Part shown: positions 16,557 through 26,005 of the stretch, piece after piece
How the letters are laid out: every line of letters begins with the position of its first letter
Position numbering within the stretch: the first letter of the stretch is position 1
IMG/VR virus record: IMGVR_UViG_3300027339_000002
Span: 1 to 61,187 of that record
Strand: one strand, 5' to 3'
From: a virus
Lineage: Duplodnaviria; Caudoviricetes
Length of the DNA stretch: 61,187 nucleotides
Program-made: the position numbers and the translations under genes
Notes under the pieces: model-generated
Seen by the model: only the letters and a program-made list of their open reading frames with translations
The model's database searches: none
What the model was told of the DNA's origin: nothing

Positions 16557-18907
16557 TTCACCTTCTTGAGCGCCGGCTTCGACGTCGGCTTTGGGTACAG
16601 CGCTGATTGATGGGTCGCCCACTTCTTTGTGTCCTTCCACATGATCTTGATGCCGTTCACAGTCTTCGGCGCAATCCACACTTTTGTGACGTGGATGCGG
16701 TGGTGTTTGAGCATCGTGGTGAACTTGTTGGGCGAGTTCGGGATGTTGCCCACGGTGTACTCGAAGACCGTGCGGAGCTCTTCGCGGCTGATGTTGCACT
16801 CGCCGCTTTTGGTGTCGGTGCGTTCATAGATCCCTTTCAGGACAGCCTTGTAGTCCTCAACGCGGTTGATCTCCGCGGCATTGCCCATGTACGTCTCTGT
16901 GGTGGGCAGCTGGTCGATGAAGAACTCGAAGTCGCCGGCCTCCAGCGCGGCGCCGACGGTGTCGAAGCTGGTGACGGACAGCGAGATCATGTTCTGGCGA
17001 TCCTCGGTGTCCAACACCGTGGATGCTGCTTGCGTATTGCACGGGTAGTGCAGCAGGTAGTCATACATCGACTGCAGCTCGCTGTCGATCTGGTCGACTT
17101 CGCTCATGGTCATGACCTGCTTGAGCGGTACGGGCTGATACTTGCCCACGTTGAAGCGGCGGTCTTCAGGGTCGATGCGCACCACAGCGGACTTGTTCGA
17201 CGCCAAGATCCAGTTGGTGTAGTTGGGGAACTCCTTGGCCTGTGCGTGCATTTCGCGGATGGGCACCATGGGCTCGGTGATGAAGTTCTTGAACTTGGCA
17301 ATGACGCCGGACTCGTTCTTGAGCGCACCTGTTTCGACCTCGTCCACGAACACCACGAAGCATTGCTTCATGAAGTGGTTGTAGCGCTCTTCGAACTCTT
17401 CCATGCGGCGCGTAGCTGTCTGCTTATCGCCAAGCAGAGGGCGGATGATCTTGTTCATCATCACGCCCTTGCCTGTGCCCTGCGTGCCATGCAGCACCCA
17501 GGCCGTCTTGGTGCGATCGCGGAACTGCACGATGAACGCGAGCCAGTTGATGAAGTGCTCGTAAATCTCCTGGTCCTCGCCGAGCGCGTGCCAGATGACC
17601 TTGTGGCAGTTCTTCGGGATCGTTGTGACCTTCTTCGTGCTGGCCTTCATGAACGTGGTCAGCTGAAACAGATTGGCCACGCGTGTCGTCAAGTCAACGC
17701 GGACGTTGTCATGCGGGTCGAAGACCAGATCCCACTCAGGGATGTAGTCGCCCAGCGGGACGCCATGCTGTTTGGCGAAGTGACGGACTTGAGTCTCGTT
17801 CTTCGCGGGATTGAGATCGAGTTCATCGAGCGTGGCGTCGTACGTACCGCGGTAGTACGTGCTGGTCTTGCGGTCCAGGAAGGCCAAGTAGATCAGGCCC
17901 GACGAGGAAACGCGTGCTGCTGTTCCGGTGATCTGCTGCCAGTACTCCGGCAGCAGCTCTTTGGTCAAGTAGACCGGCTCGCCCTTGAAGTTGAAGATGT
18001 AGTCGGGGTTGTCTTCTGGGTGGTAGTACGCCCAGCTGTCCCCGCCGTTGAGGTTGAAGTAGACAAAGCCGCGCTCTTGCTTCATCTCGGTGATCGTGCA
18101 CACGTCGGGTTTGACGAGCACCTCCATCGCGCCGTGCATCTTGTACGTCGTCTTGCGCTTGGGCAAGCCGTCCTTCTCGCGGAGTTCGTCGATGCGCTTG
18201 CTGGTGCGCTCACGGTTCTTAGCGGTGGAAGGGATCGTGTCTGCGATCGACAGCTTGTCCTTTTTGCGCTTGACGAGCGTGATGCGTTGCTTGCCGTGCG
18301 GGTCTTTGATGCCCTTGAGTGTCGGCGGAGCGATGTAGATCAGCTTGTCGTTCTGGCATGCGCTGATGTCCAGAGGCCAGAGCAAGGCGTTGCCTGTCTT
18401 GGTCAAGGCCATCGACTGACTGAGCATGGGCGTGTCGTGGTTGATGCCGACCAGCCACTGCTTGAGCAGAGGTGCAGGGTACGCCTTGTCGAGCATCATG
18501 AAGACGTGGGCACGGAGCTTCTTGTCCGTGACCAAATGCGACGCGCTGTACTGCACGATGTAGGACACGTCCTTGAGTCCGATGAGCGCAAGGAACGAAT
18601 CCACTGTCTCGGAGTCAGGCAGTCCGTCGAGGTCGAACACGACCCACTCGGTCGAGTCGTTCGTGTTGGTGGTCCCTGCACGAGACTCCTTCACGAGTTG
18701 CCGGGAGATGTTGCCCTTGACGAGGCAATGACCGAGAGCCGCGTGTTTGATGAGGGCACGTTCGAAGTCCTGGAGGTTGCGAACGTCGATGTGGTGGGAC
18801 GAGACGTCGTACACGTGGGGATAGGACGTCTTGGTGATGGTGCCATCGGACTTCTTTTCGAAGCGCTTCGTCAACGGCACAGAAGCTTCCAACATGACAA
18901 GCTGCAT
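16553..18907 (-). CDS. primase-helicase (N-terminal primase-like domain plus DUF5906/SF3-like P-loop helicase)
   Basis: WVVFDLDG and RAHVF in the N-terminus; GTQGTGKG, VFVDE, ILASN, DRRF. Confidence 0.88.
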   Translation of the reverse strand: MQLVMLEASVPLTKRFEKKSDGTITKTSYPHVYDVSSHHIDVRNLQDFERALIKHAALGHCLVKGNISRQLVKESRAGTTNTNDSTEWVVFDLDGLPDSETVDSFLALIGLKDVSYIVQYSASHLVTDKKLRAHVFMMLDKAYPAPLLKQWLVGINHDTPMLSQSMALTKTGNALLWPLDISACQNDKLIYIAPPTLKGIKDPHGKQRITLVKRKKDKLSIADTIPSTAKNRERTSKRIDELREKDGLPKRKTTYKMHGAMEVLVKPDVCTITEMKQERGFVYFNLNGGDSWAYYHPEDNPDYIFNFKGEPVYLTKELLPEYWQQITGTAARVSSSGLIYLAFLDRKTSTYYRGTYDATLDELDLNPAKNETQVRHFAKQHGVPLGDYIPEWDLVFDPHDNVRVDLTTRVANLFQLTTFMKASTKKVTTIPKNCHKVIWHALGEDQEIYEHFINWLAFIVQFRDRTKTAWVLHGTQGTGKGVMMNKIIRPLLGDKQTATRRMEEFEERYNHFMKQCFVVFVDEVETGALKNESGVIAKFKNFITEPMVPIREMHAQAKEFPNYTNWILASNKSAVVRIDPEDRRFNVGKYQPVPLKQVMTMSEVDQIDSELQSMYDYLLHYPCNTQAASTVLDTEDRQNMISLSVTSFDTVGAALEAGDFEFFIDQLPTTETYMGNAAEINRVEDYKAVLKGIYERTDTKSGECNISREELRTVFEYTVGNIPNSPNKFTTMLKHHRIHVTKVWIAPKTVNGIKIMWKDTKKWATHQSALYPKPTSKPALKKVK

Positions 18908-18962
18908 GATGTGTCAGGGTAGAGGTAACGGTGGATGGAGAGGGCCAGTGTATGGCTTTTTC

Positions 18963-19240
18963 CCTTCCAATCCCTGCCCGCAAGGATTGGAAGGAAGCCC
19001 GTCAGAGGGCAGTGCTGTTTGTAACATTTCGTACATCGGTCCGTTTCTTCCAATCTTCAGCCTTCAGATTGGAAAATTGGAAGGTCTCAAATCGCCTTTT
19101 TCTTCAGCTATATCTACATCCTTCCAAACTTCCATTCCAATCTTGAAAAAAACTACAATGGAAGACTACATACTAAGGACAAGAGCCTTTCTATATAGAT
19201 GAACAAGATCGCAGGATTGGAAGGAAGATTGGAAGGCGCG
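18963..19240. repeat. origin-like element 1: inverted TTCCA/TGGAA repeats around an AT-rich core
   Basis: 11-bp IR at 18963-18994, 9-bp IR at 19048-19074, TTCCA cluster at 19120-19144, TGGAA cluster at 19214-19240; directly upstream of the primase-helicase. Confidence 0.7.
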
Positions 19241-19412
19241 CCAGCTGCTTAAAAATGATGCAGTCTGTCGATGCGCGTGAGGGTCTCTGCGGCGTCGCAT
19301 TCGGGCGTGTTGATGAGCGCAGCGTGTGGGTGAGGTTGAGGTGAGAGCCATGATCTGATCTTGCTCAAGATGAGGTGGATGAAGCGCATGTCCGTCACTC
19401 CTTACGTGGCAT

Positions 19413-19442
19413 AAAAAAGGTGAGAGCCGAAGCTCTCACCTT
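19413..19442 (-). terminator. Rho-independent terminator
   Basis: On the minus strand AAGGTGAGAGC-TTCG-GCTCTCACC-TTTTTT. Confidence 0.9.
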
Positions 19443-19454
19443 ACCCGTTGATCG

Positions 19455-20306
19455 TCAGATCATCAAGCTGATTTCAGCCAGCTGGCCGCCACGCTCTTGG
19501 TAGGCCGTCAGCTCTTCGACGTGCTCTTCAGCGAACGTCTTCATCGCCAGGGCCAGCTCGTTGTGCGCACCCTTGATGAGAGCGATGTCGCCTGCGGATT
19601 CCAGACGGTTGTAGCGCAGCAGCGATGCGAGCGCTTTGTCGCCACCCTTCTTGAGGCCGCGGAGCACAGACGCACCCAGCTTGTACTGGATGTGACGAGG
19701 CAGTGCCGAGACAGCGTCGTCGGCTTCTGCTGCGTCGACTTCCTCTTCGTCGAACGAGTTGAGCGAATGGACGGTGTCGATGATTTGACCTGCCATCTTG
19801 ATGAGCTCGTCGCGTTCGTCTTCGATGAGCTTGAGCTTGGCAGCTTTGAGCACTTCGAAGTCTTGGTTCAAGGCGAGAGCGAGAGCCTTCAGTGCAGGCT
19901 CGTTGATGTCCGGGGAGGACTTGATCTGGAAGGTGATGGTGTCACGCACAGTGAGAGCGACGTCACTGGGGTGATTGGCCAATGCTGCCAGTTCACCGAT
20001 TGCCCACAGCCGGACAACGTCCAGCTTGCGAGCGATCTCGATGTTGGGCATCGCCGTGTTCAGCCCCATGTCTTCCAGGGCCTTGCGATCGGCGCTTTCT
20101 TCGTGGATGTCGGCCATCGCTTCGTTGAAGGCGTCGATGGTCGGTGCTTCCGCCTGGTTCGAGATGTTCTCGTAGCGCGATTGACGGATGTGACCGCGCG
20201 TGTAGCTGATGATGGAGCTGTTCAGCGAACCGATGAGCGTCTTGAGCAAGCCCTTACGGGGCATGACAGGCAGAGACAGGATGGTGGAGGTGACGTTGAT
20301 GTGCAT
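19455..20306 (-). CDS. hypothetical all-helical early protein
   Basis: 283 aa, strong codon bias, own terminator. Confidence 0.85.
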   Translation of the reverse strand: MHINVTSTILSLPVMPRKGLLKTLIGSLNSSIISYTRGHIRQSRYENISNQAEAPTIDAFNEAMADIHEESADRKALEDMGLNTAMPNIEIARKLDVVRLWAIGELAALANHPSDVALTVRDTITFQIKSSPDINEPALKALALALNQDFEVLKAAKLKLIEDERDELIKMAGQIIDTVHSLNSFDEEEVDAAEADDAVSALPRHIQYKLGASVLRGLKKGGDKALASLLRYNRLESAGDIALIKGAHNELALAMKTFAEEHVEELTAYQERGGQLAEISLMI

Positions 20307-20508
20307 GATGTACTTTCAGGTTGAGTTGAGTTGAATGATGGCTGGTGAGCTTTCGCTCTAAGGACTCAGCCGGCGCCCCGTACGCAGAATGTGTGGCACG
20401 TGTTGCGCGCACGGTCAGGCACGCCACGTTTGAACGCCAAGTTGAAACCGTTGCTCAAGGTACGATCGGTGACAAGCGTGAGCTTTCAACGCAGGCCATC
20501 GCGTGGTG

Positions 20509-20694
20509 TTAGTTTCTACATAGGGGTTCTCCAAGTTCTTCCTCGAGTTCAGCGAGGATGTCAAAAGGGTCACGACAGAGCATCGAGTCGTCGGAGTACT
20601 GCTCTACGAAGTAGCGCAATGCCTCGGACGCATCCCACGACAACTCACGAGGGTCGTGATCAAGACCGAGTGAGCGAGCTACTACCCGCGCCAT
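20509..20694 (-). CDS. small acidic protein
   Basis: MARVVAR...DPFDILAELEEELG; GGAG upstream. Confidence 0.55.
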   Translation of the reverse strand: MARVVARSLGLDHDPRELSWDASEALRYFVEQYSDDSMLCRDPFDILAELEEELGEPLCRN

Positions 20695-20919
20695 GCCAGG
20701 ATGACTCCGGTTGCAGCCATGCAAACGATGCCGCCCACAGCGTAGGCAGCATCGGCGAAAGTGCAGTGCCAGCGATAGACACGCCACTTGGTTGTGATGG
20801 TGAGTTGGATCATTTGGGGTGGATGCACGAATGCAGCACAGCGATGCGACACGCGCATTGCCGCGCTGCGGATTGGGCGCCCATGCGTTTGTACATGGGG
20901 ATCATGAGAAGCAAAGCTG

Positions 20920-21144
20920 TCAGCTCAGCTTCGATGAGCGCAAGCGCAAGCTTTCGGTCAATCTTTTCCATTCCACCTCCTCAGGTGAATGTGGGTTGTG
21001 ATGGATGGGCTCGACGTACTCGATGATGCGCACGTTTGTGAGAGTCAACTCACGCTGAACTGCACGTGCCCACACGCCGTGAAGTTGAGACTTGGCCAGC
21101 ACATCAAGTGCTCGCAAGTACCAGAGAACGAGATCGTGATCCAT
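20920..21144 (-). CDS. hypothetical protein
   Basis: GGAG RBS; 74 aa. Confidence 0.55.
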   Translation of the reverse strand: MDHDLVLWYLRALDVLAKSQLHGVWARAVQRELTLTNVRIIEYVEPIHHNPHSPEEVEWKRLTESLRLRSSKLS

Positions 21145-21147
21145 GTG

Positions 21148-21357
21148 CTACTCCGGACGGTATTCACCGTTGAACAGGTCGATGGTGTAGACCATGTCGC
21201 CGTTGCGAATTTCGATCTTGCTTTTGCTGCGGTAGCCCGGCATGGTTTGAGAGTGATCGAACGCCTCGTCGAGTGTGTTGTGCGACTCGACGACGGTGTT
21301 GATCACTTCACATGCAGCGTTGACCATGACGTTGATGGAAGTGATCTTGAGGGTCAT
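21148..21357 (-). CDS. hypothetical protein
   Basis: MTLKITSINV...; ATGA overlap. Confidence 0.6.
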   Translation of the reverse strand: MTLKITSINVMVNAACEVINTVVESHNTLDEAFDHSQTMPGYRSKSKIEIRNGDMVYTIDLFNGEYRPE

Positions 21358-21644
21358 GCGATGAGACCTTTCTCTTGCAGGTTGTAGAAGCCGGGCACGT
21401 ACTTGCCCTTTTCCTTGTAGCCGATGAGCGTGCGAGCGGTGGACAACACGAGCGAGCACATCAGTGCACCGCCCGTTGCCACCATCACGCCAGAAAAAGT
21501 CCCCCAATGCAAAAGGCAGAGGACGGCGAACACGATGCAGTCCACCAAGAACGGTGAACTGAGTATGCGCATTCGCCAGGACCACGGAAGCTTGGCGAGC
21601 GAGACGAGCAAGCCAAGCCCGACGATGAGTGACATCTCGAGCAT
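21354..21644 (-). CDS. small membrane protein
   Basis: About three hydrophobic segments; GAGG RBS. Confidence 0.75.
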   Translation of the reverse strand: MLEMSLIVGLGLLVSLAKLPWSWRMRILSSPFLVDCIVFAVLCLLHWGTFSGVMVATGGALMCSLVLSTARTLIGYKEKGKYVPGFYNLQEKGLIA

Positions 21645-21653
21645 GGCGTCACC

Positions 21654-22247
21654 TCACGCAGCTGCGGCAGCTGCGGCAGGAGCGGCAACAGCCTTGGGCT
21701 CAGACTTGAACCAGCCGAACACGCGATCCTTGGCCGAGCCGAGCGTGTTGCGCACAGCCGAGAGGTCGGAGTCGACGTTGCTGGTCAGGATGTACTGAGC
21801 GACCTTGCGACCAGCGACGAACGCGGCGTACGCAAGGAGGCACAAACCCAGGATGTAGACCAGCATGCTCAAGAAGGCAGAGCCCGTGAGCACGAGGGCA
21901 CCAGCGACCAGCATGCCGAGCAGCTGGCCACCGAAGTAGCCGATGCAGCCGCCGACGATGATCGAGGCGACAGTGGCCACGAGGATGCGGCGCTTGGAAG
22001 GGATGGCGACGCCCAGCGACTCACAGAACGAGCGGAAGTCGAAGTTCAAGTTGCTGAACATCGAAGCGTGATCAGCGGCATGCTCAGCCGTGCTGTCTTC
22101 AGCAGACAGGATGGCATCAGCCTGGGCCTTCAGGTCGGCTTCAGCGCCGCGCAGCTTGCGCTGAGCAGCGACGTCCTTCTTGGCCTGAGCGATTTGCTCG
22201 GCGGTGGGCTTGGTGGAAGCGGCGGTCTTGGTGGTACGTGCGGTCAT
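21654..22247 (-). CDS. membrane protein
   Basis: GGAG RBS; long hydrophobic stretch ILVATV...AAFVAG. Confidence 0.8.
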   Translation of the reverse strand: MTARTTKTAASTKPTAEQIAQAKKDVAAQRKLRGAEADLKAQADAILSAEDSTAEHAADHASMFSNLNFDFRSFCESLGVAIPSKRRILVATVASIIVGGCIGYFGGQLLGMLVAGALVLTGSAFLSMLVYILGLCLLAYAAFVAGRKVAQYILTSNVDSDLSAVRNTLGSAKDRVFGWFKSEPKAVAAPAAAAAAA

Positions 22248-22393
22248 GATGATCTCCAGTGAAACAAGTTGATGAAGGAAAGAACACAAAGCGTGTTGGA
22301 GCGAGGACGTAGTCCTCGCATCGGCGTCACGCCAAAACGCCGAACAGGATGAAGAGCTGCTCAGGAGTCAGCTCGATGTACGCGGTGTGCATC

Positions 22394-22804
22394 TCAGCGC
22401 CCTTGCGCGCGAACGATCGCGCCGTTGTTGGCAATGGCCAAAGCCTTGGCGCGCTGGAAGTCGCCGGGCACATTGGGGTCGAACTCGAAGACCGGGCGAG
22501 GGAAAGGCAGCTGGCGCGGCATGACGCGTGCAATGCGCGCATCGGCCAGGGCGTTCAGCGCGTCGTGCTTCGCATCCAGCTGCGCGTTGCGCTGCTCGAC
22601 GGCCTTGGCCAGCTGGGCTTCCAGCACGCGGACGCGCAGCGCGTCGGCGTTGGCCTGACTGAGCGCCGCTTCGTACTCACGCTGCTTCGCAGTAGCTGCG
22701 TCCAGCAGGATGTTGAGCGAGGCGATCTTCGATTCAAGCGCGTCGCAGTTGTGACGCAGCGCTTCGACTTCGTTCTGGAGCTGAGCTTTGGTGATGGTAG
22801 GCAT
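22394..22804 (-). CDS. coiled-coil early protein
   Basis: MPTITKAQLQNEVEALR...; heptad pattern. Confidence 0.75.
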   Translation of the reverse strand: MPTITKAQLQNEVEALRHNCDALESKIASLNILLDAATAKQREYEAALSQANADALRVRVLEAQLAKAVEQRNAQLDAKHDALNALADARIARVMPRQLPFPRPVFEFDPNVPGDFQRAKALAIANNGAIVRAQGR

Positions 22805-23059
22805 GATGAACTCGTGAGGTAGTGGATGAAGACACCACGCGTGAGGGAGCGAAGGGCGCGGAACGCGAACTTCGCACAGCGGTGGGTAGAAGAGACTCCT
22901 TATCCCAGTCCTCGAATCCGAATCCGAACCCGGGACGGTCTTTGAGGACAGGGGGATAAGAGACTCACGCGGCGACCTACACACGAAAAACCGACCCACC
23001 CGGCCCTTCCGTACAAACCACTTTCAATTTTTTTCTATAAAATTTCCGTACGTCCAACT
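22805..23059. promoter_or_regulatory. divergent early/late intergenic control region
   Basis: Coding strand switches here; CTTATCCC/GGGATAAG and GTCCTC/GAGGAC stems; AT-rich TATAAAAT near 23036. Confidence 0.6.
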
Positions 23060-23671
23060 TTGATGCACACCATGGCTACATCCAAAAAGCGCGGGGCCGA
23101 CGCGACGCCAGAAGGCCGCGCCAAGCACGCAGCGCAAGCGCGGCGAGGCATCAACACGTCCAGCGCGAAGAACGCCGAGCTGATCAGCCCAGACAAACCG
23201 CTCACCGACATGCAGCGCGCGTTCGTCAAGTTCTGGGCGCAGGGCGAGTCGATCCTCAGTGCATCGGCCAAGGCGGGCTACAACGATGGGGGCGCATACG
23301 CGTATCGCCTCGTGCGGATGCCCAACGTGCTGCGCATGTACGAGGACGAGAAGCGCCTCTACGAAGAGGCCAGCCAAATGACCCGCAAGCGCGTGATGGA
23401 CGGCCTTTTGGAGTCCATCGAACTGGCCAAGCTCATGGCGGAGCCCGGAACGATGGTGTCAGGCTGGCGCGAGATCGGAAAAATGTGCGGCTACTACGAG
23501 CCGGTGCAGAAGAAGCTCGACATCACGATCAACGGCAAAGTGATGCTGGACCGCCTGGACCGCATGAGCGACGCAGAGCTGTTCAAGGTCATCGCAGAGA
23601 CAGGTCAGCAGGTACTTGAGGCCGAAGCGGCCTTGATGGAGCAAGAAGATGGCGACGGAGAACCTGAATGA
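23060..23671 (+). CDS. terS: terminase small subunit
   Basis: LTDMQRAFV...SASAKAGY...AYRL motif; upstream of terL; start could be 23063 or 23072. Confidence 0.85.
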   Translation: MMHTMATSKKRGADATPEGRAKHAAQARRGINTSSAKNAELISPDKPLTDMQRAFVKFWAQGESILSASAKAGYNDGGAYAYRLVRMPNVLRMYEDEKRLYEEASQMTRKRVMDGLLESIELAKLMAEPGTMVSGWREIGKMCGYYEPVQKKLDITINGKVMLDRLDRMSDAELFKVIAETGQQVLEAEAALMEQEDGDGEPE

Positions 23672-24065
23672 CCAAGATTTCGACCCGCAAGCCGAGTTCT
23701 ACGACGAAGAAGGCTACCGCTACCGCAGCTTCGCGGCGTGGCTCGTCCAAGACAAAGACCACTGCGGCCTCAACACGCGCCTCGACGAGCTCAAAACCAT
23801 CCGCGAGTGGCCAAAAGGCGCCCGTGCGTGGTTCAGCGTCCACTGGCAAGAGCGCGAAAAAGCCCACCCTAGCGAGTACCTCGAAACTCGCAGCGCTCAC
23901 GCCTTCGCCTCAGCCCACCGGGACTTTGCCAATTCCGGCTGCAAGCACCCCCGCAGCTGCGGCCGTACAACGCGAACTGGCGTCGCGCGTGCTGTCGCGG
24001 CGCCGTCTCATGCCGTTCATCCAGCGGATGAACCCGAAGTACCTCGCAGGGTGGGTCCACGATGA
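23649..24065 (+). CDS. candidate overlapping gene nested in the 5' end of terL
   Basis: GGAG 7 nt before ATG; C/G-ending codons; globular-looking composition. Confidence 0.45.
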   Translation: MATENLNDQDFDPQAEFYDEEGYRYRSFAAWLVQDKDHCGLNTRLDELKTIREWPKGARAWFSVHWQEREKAHPSEYLETRSAHAFASAHRDFANSGCKHPRSCGRTTRTGVARAVAAPSHAVHPADEPEVPRRVGPR

Positions 24066-25617
24066 CATCTGCCGCCGGCTGGAGCGCTTCAGTGAGGCCG
24101 TGGCGGAGGGCAAATCGCCCCGACTCATGCTGCTCATGCCGCCCCGGCACGGCAAGAGCGAGATCGCGTCCAAGAACTTCCCTGCGTGGCACCTGGGGCG
24201 CTACCCGGACCACGAGTTCATCGCCTGCTCGTACAACTTGAGCCTCGCGATGGGTTTCAGCCGCAAGGTCAAGCAGCTGATCGACGACCCCGCCTACCAG
24301 AGCGTGTTCACGGACACCCGCCTGGACCCCAACAACAGCTCGACCGAAGAGTGGGGCGTACACAACCACCGCGGCGGCTACGTGGCAGCTGGTATCGGCG
24401 GCCCGATCACGGGTAAGGGCGCTCACGTCCTCGTGATCGACGACCCCGTGAAGAACGCGGAAGAGGCGGACAGCGCCGACGGCCGCGAAAAGACCTGGGA
24501 GTGGTACCTGTCCACCGCCTACAGCCGCTTGGCCCCCGGTGGCGGCGTGCTGGTGATCCAGACGTGGTGGCACGACGACGACTTGGCGGGCCGCCTGCAG
24601 AACATGATGAAGCTGGGCGGCGACGAGGACCACATCGACCAGTTCGAGGTGGTCAAGTACCCCGCCCTGGCCGAGCAGGACGAGTGGCTGGACACGGCCA
24701 CGGACGAGATCGTCCGCATCGACACCGGCAAGATGGCGCAAGACGTGCTCCGCAAGGCCATGGTCAGCGCCAAAGTCATGGCGTTCCCGGAAGAAGCCCG
24801 GGAAGCCGCCGCGCGGGCGATGCTGAGCGGGACCGACCCGACCAATCTGCGCTGGCTCCGCAACGCGGGCGACGCGCTGCACCCGGCACGCTACGACGTG
24901 GCCAAGCTGTTGCGGATCAAGGCCCAGAACAACGGCGGGCGCTGGTGGGCAGCCCTGTACCAGCAGAACCCGGTCCCTGACGATGGGGCGTATTTCACCC
25001 GCGAGCAGTTCCGCCGGGCCCAGCCGCCGAGGGTCAAGGACGCCAACGTCTACATCGCGTTCGACTTCGCCATCAGCGAGAAAAAGCAGAACGACTACAC
25101 GGTCGGCAGCGTCGGGCTGCAGGATACGAACGACATGCTGCACATCGCTGAGGTCTTGCGCTTCAAAAGCGGGGACGCGTTCTTCATCGTGGAGAGCATC
25201 CTGAATCTTGTCGTACGCTGGTATAGTCCGAGTCTGATTCTGGGCTTTGAGGACGGGCAGATCTATCGAGCGATCGAAGCGCTGCTGAAAAAGCGCATGA
25301 AAGAGCGGCAGCTCTACCCGTCCATCGAAGTGCTGAAGCCAATCACCGACAAAATGGCGCGTGCCCGCCCACTTCAAGGCCGAATGCAACAGGGCATGGT
25401 CAGTTTCAACGACTCGGGTGACTGGTACGACGTCGTGCGGCAGGAAATGCTGCGCTTCCCGGCCGGCGTGCACGACGACTGCGTTGACTCACTGGCCTGG
25501 ATGACGCAGCTTGCCATCGGGCGGGCTGCACCTCTCAAACCGCGTGCTCAGAGGATTCCGTCATGGAAGGACAAACTCAAGGTCGGTGGCGCAGCAGCGT
25601 CGCACATGGCAGCTTGA
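23668..25617 (+). CDS. terL: terminase large subunit
   Basis: MPPRHGKS, ITGKGA.VLVIDDP, QTWWH.DDL, YQQNP, AFDFA, FPAGVHDDCVD. Confidence 0.95.
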   Translation: MTKISTRKPSSTTKKATATAASRRGSSKTKTTAASTRASTSSKPSASGQKAPVRGSASTGKSAKKPTLASTSKLAALTPSPQPTGTLPIPAASTPAAAAVQRELASRVLSRRRLMPFIQRMNPKYLAGWVHDDICRRLERFSEAVAEGKSPRLMLLMPPRHGKSEIASKNFPAWHLGRYPDHEFIACSYNLSLAMGFSRKVKQLIDDPAYQSVFTDTRLDPNNSSTEEWGVHNHRGGYVAAGIGGPITGKGAHVLVIDDPVKNAEEADSADGREKTWEWYLSTAYSRLAPGGGVLVIQTWWHDDDLAGRLQNMMKLGGDEDHIDQFEVVKYPALAEQDEWLDTATDEIVRIDTGKMAQDVLRKAMVSAKVMAFPEEAREAAARAMLSGTDPTNLRWLRNAGDALHPARYDVAKLLRIKAQNNGGRWWAALYQQNPVPDDGAYFTREQFRRAQPPRVKDANVYIAFDFAISEKKQNDYTVGSVGLQDTNDMLHIAEVLRFKSGDAFFIVESILNLVVRWYSPSLILGFEDGQIYRAIEALLKKRMKERQLYPSIEVLKPITDKMARARPLQGRMQQGMVSFNDSGDWYDVVRQEMLRFPAGVHDDCVDSLAWMTQLAIGRAAPLKPRAQRIPSWKDKLKVGGAAASHMAA

Positions 25618-25635
25618 TGCGCACAGGAGAACCGC

Positions 25636-25998
25636 ATGGCCGATAAATGCGCCGAACTGATCGCCCGCTGCTTCGCAGCGCGCACCGCCGCCCACTTTGC
25701 CCACTTCACGACCCGCTCGTACTCCGCGCACATGGCGCTGAACGAGTTCTATGACGCCATCGTCGAGGCTGCAGATACGTTCGCCGAGTGCCGCATGGGC
25801 GTGGAGGGGCCGTTCAAGAGCTTCCCCAACGTGCCTGTGCCCACCGGGGAGCCGGTGGATTGGCTGCCGGATCTGCACCAGTGGATCAAGGCGCACCGCA
25901 CCGAGTGTGCAGACGGCAGCACGGAGTTGGCCAACCTGATCGACGAAATCTTGTCGGTGATCGACAAGTCGTTCTACAAGCTCAAATTCTTGAAGTGA
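25636..25998 (+). CDS. Dps/ferritin-like phage protein (DUF5856-like)
   Basis: HFAHFTTRSYSAHMALNEFYD...D.FAE...NLIDEI...YKLKFLK. Confidence 0.75.
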   Translation: MADKCAELIARCFAARTAAHFAHFTTRSYSAHMALNEFYDAIVEAADTFAECRMGVEGPFKSFPNVPVPTGEPVDWLPDLHQWIKAHRTECADGSTELANLIDEILSVIDKSFYKLKFLK

Positions 25999-26005
25999 GT
26001 CGCCT

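Noticed and set aside
24685-24860. Roughly 50-aa insertion in TerL as a possible intein
   Set aside because: No N-terminal C/S or C-terminal HN splice motifs, and too short
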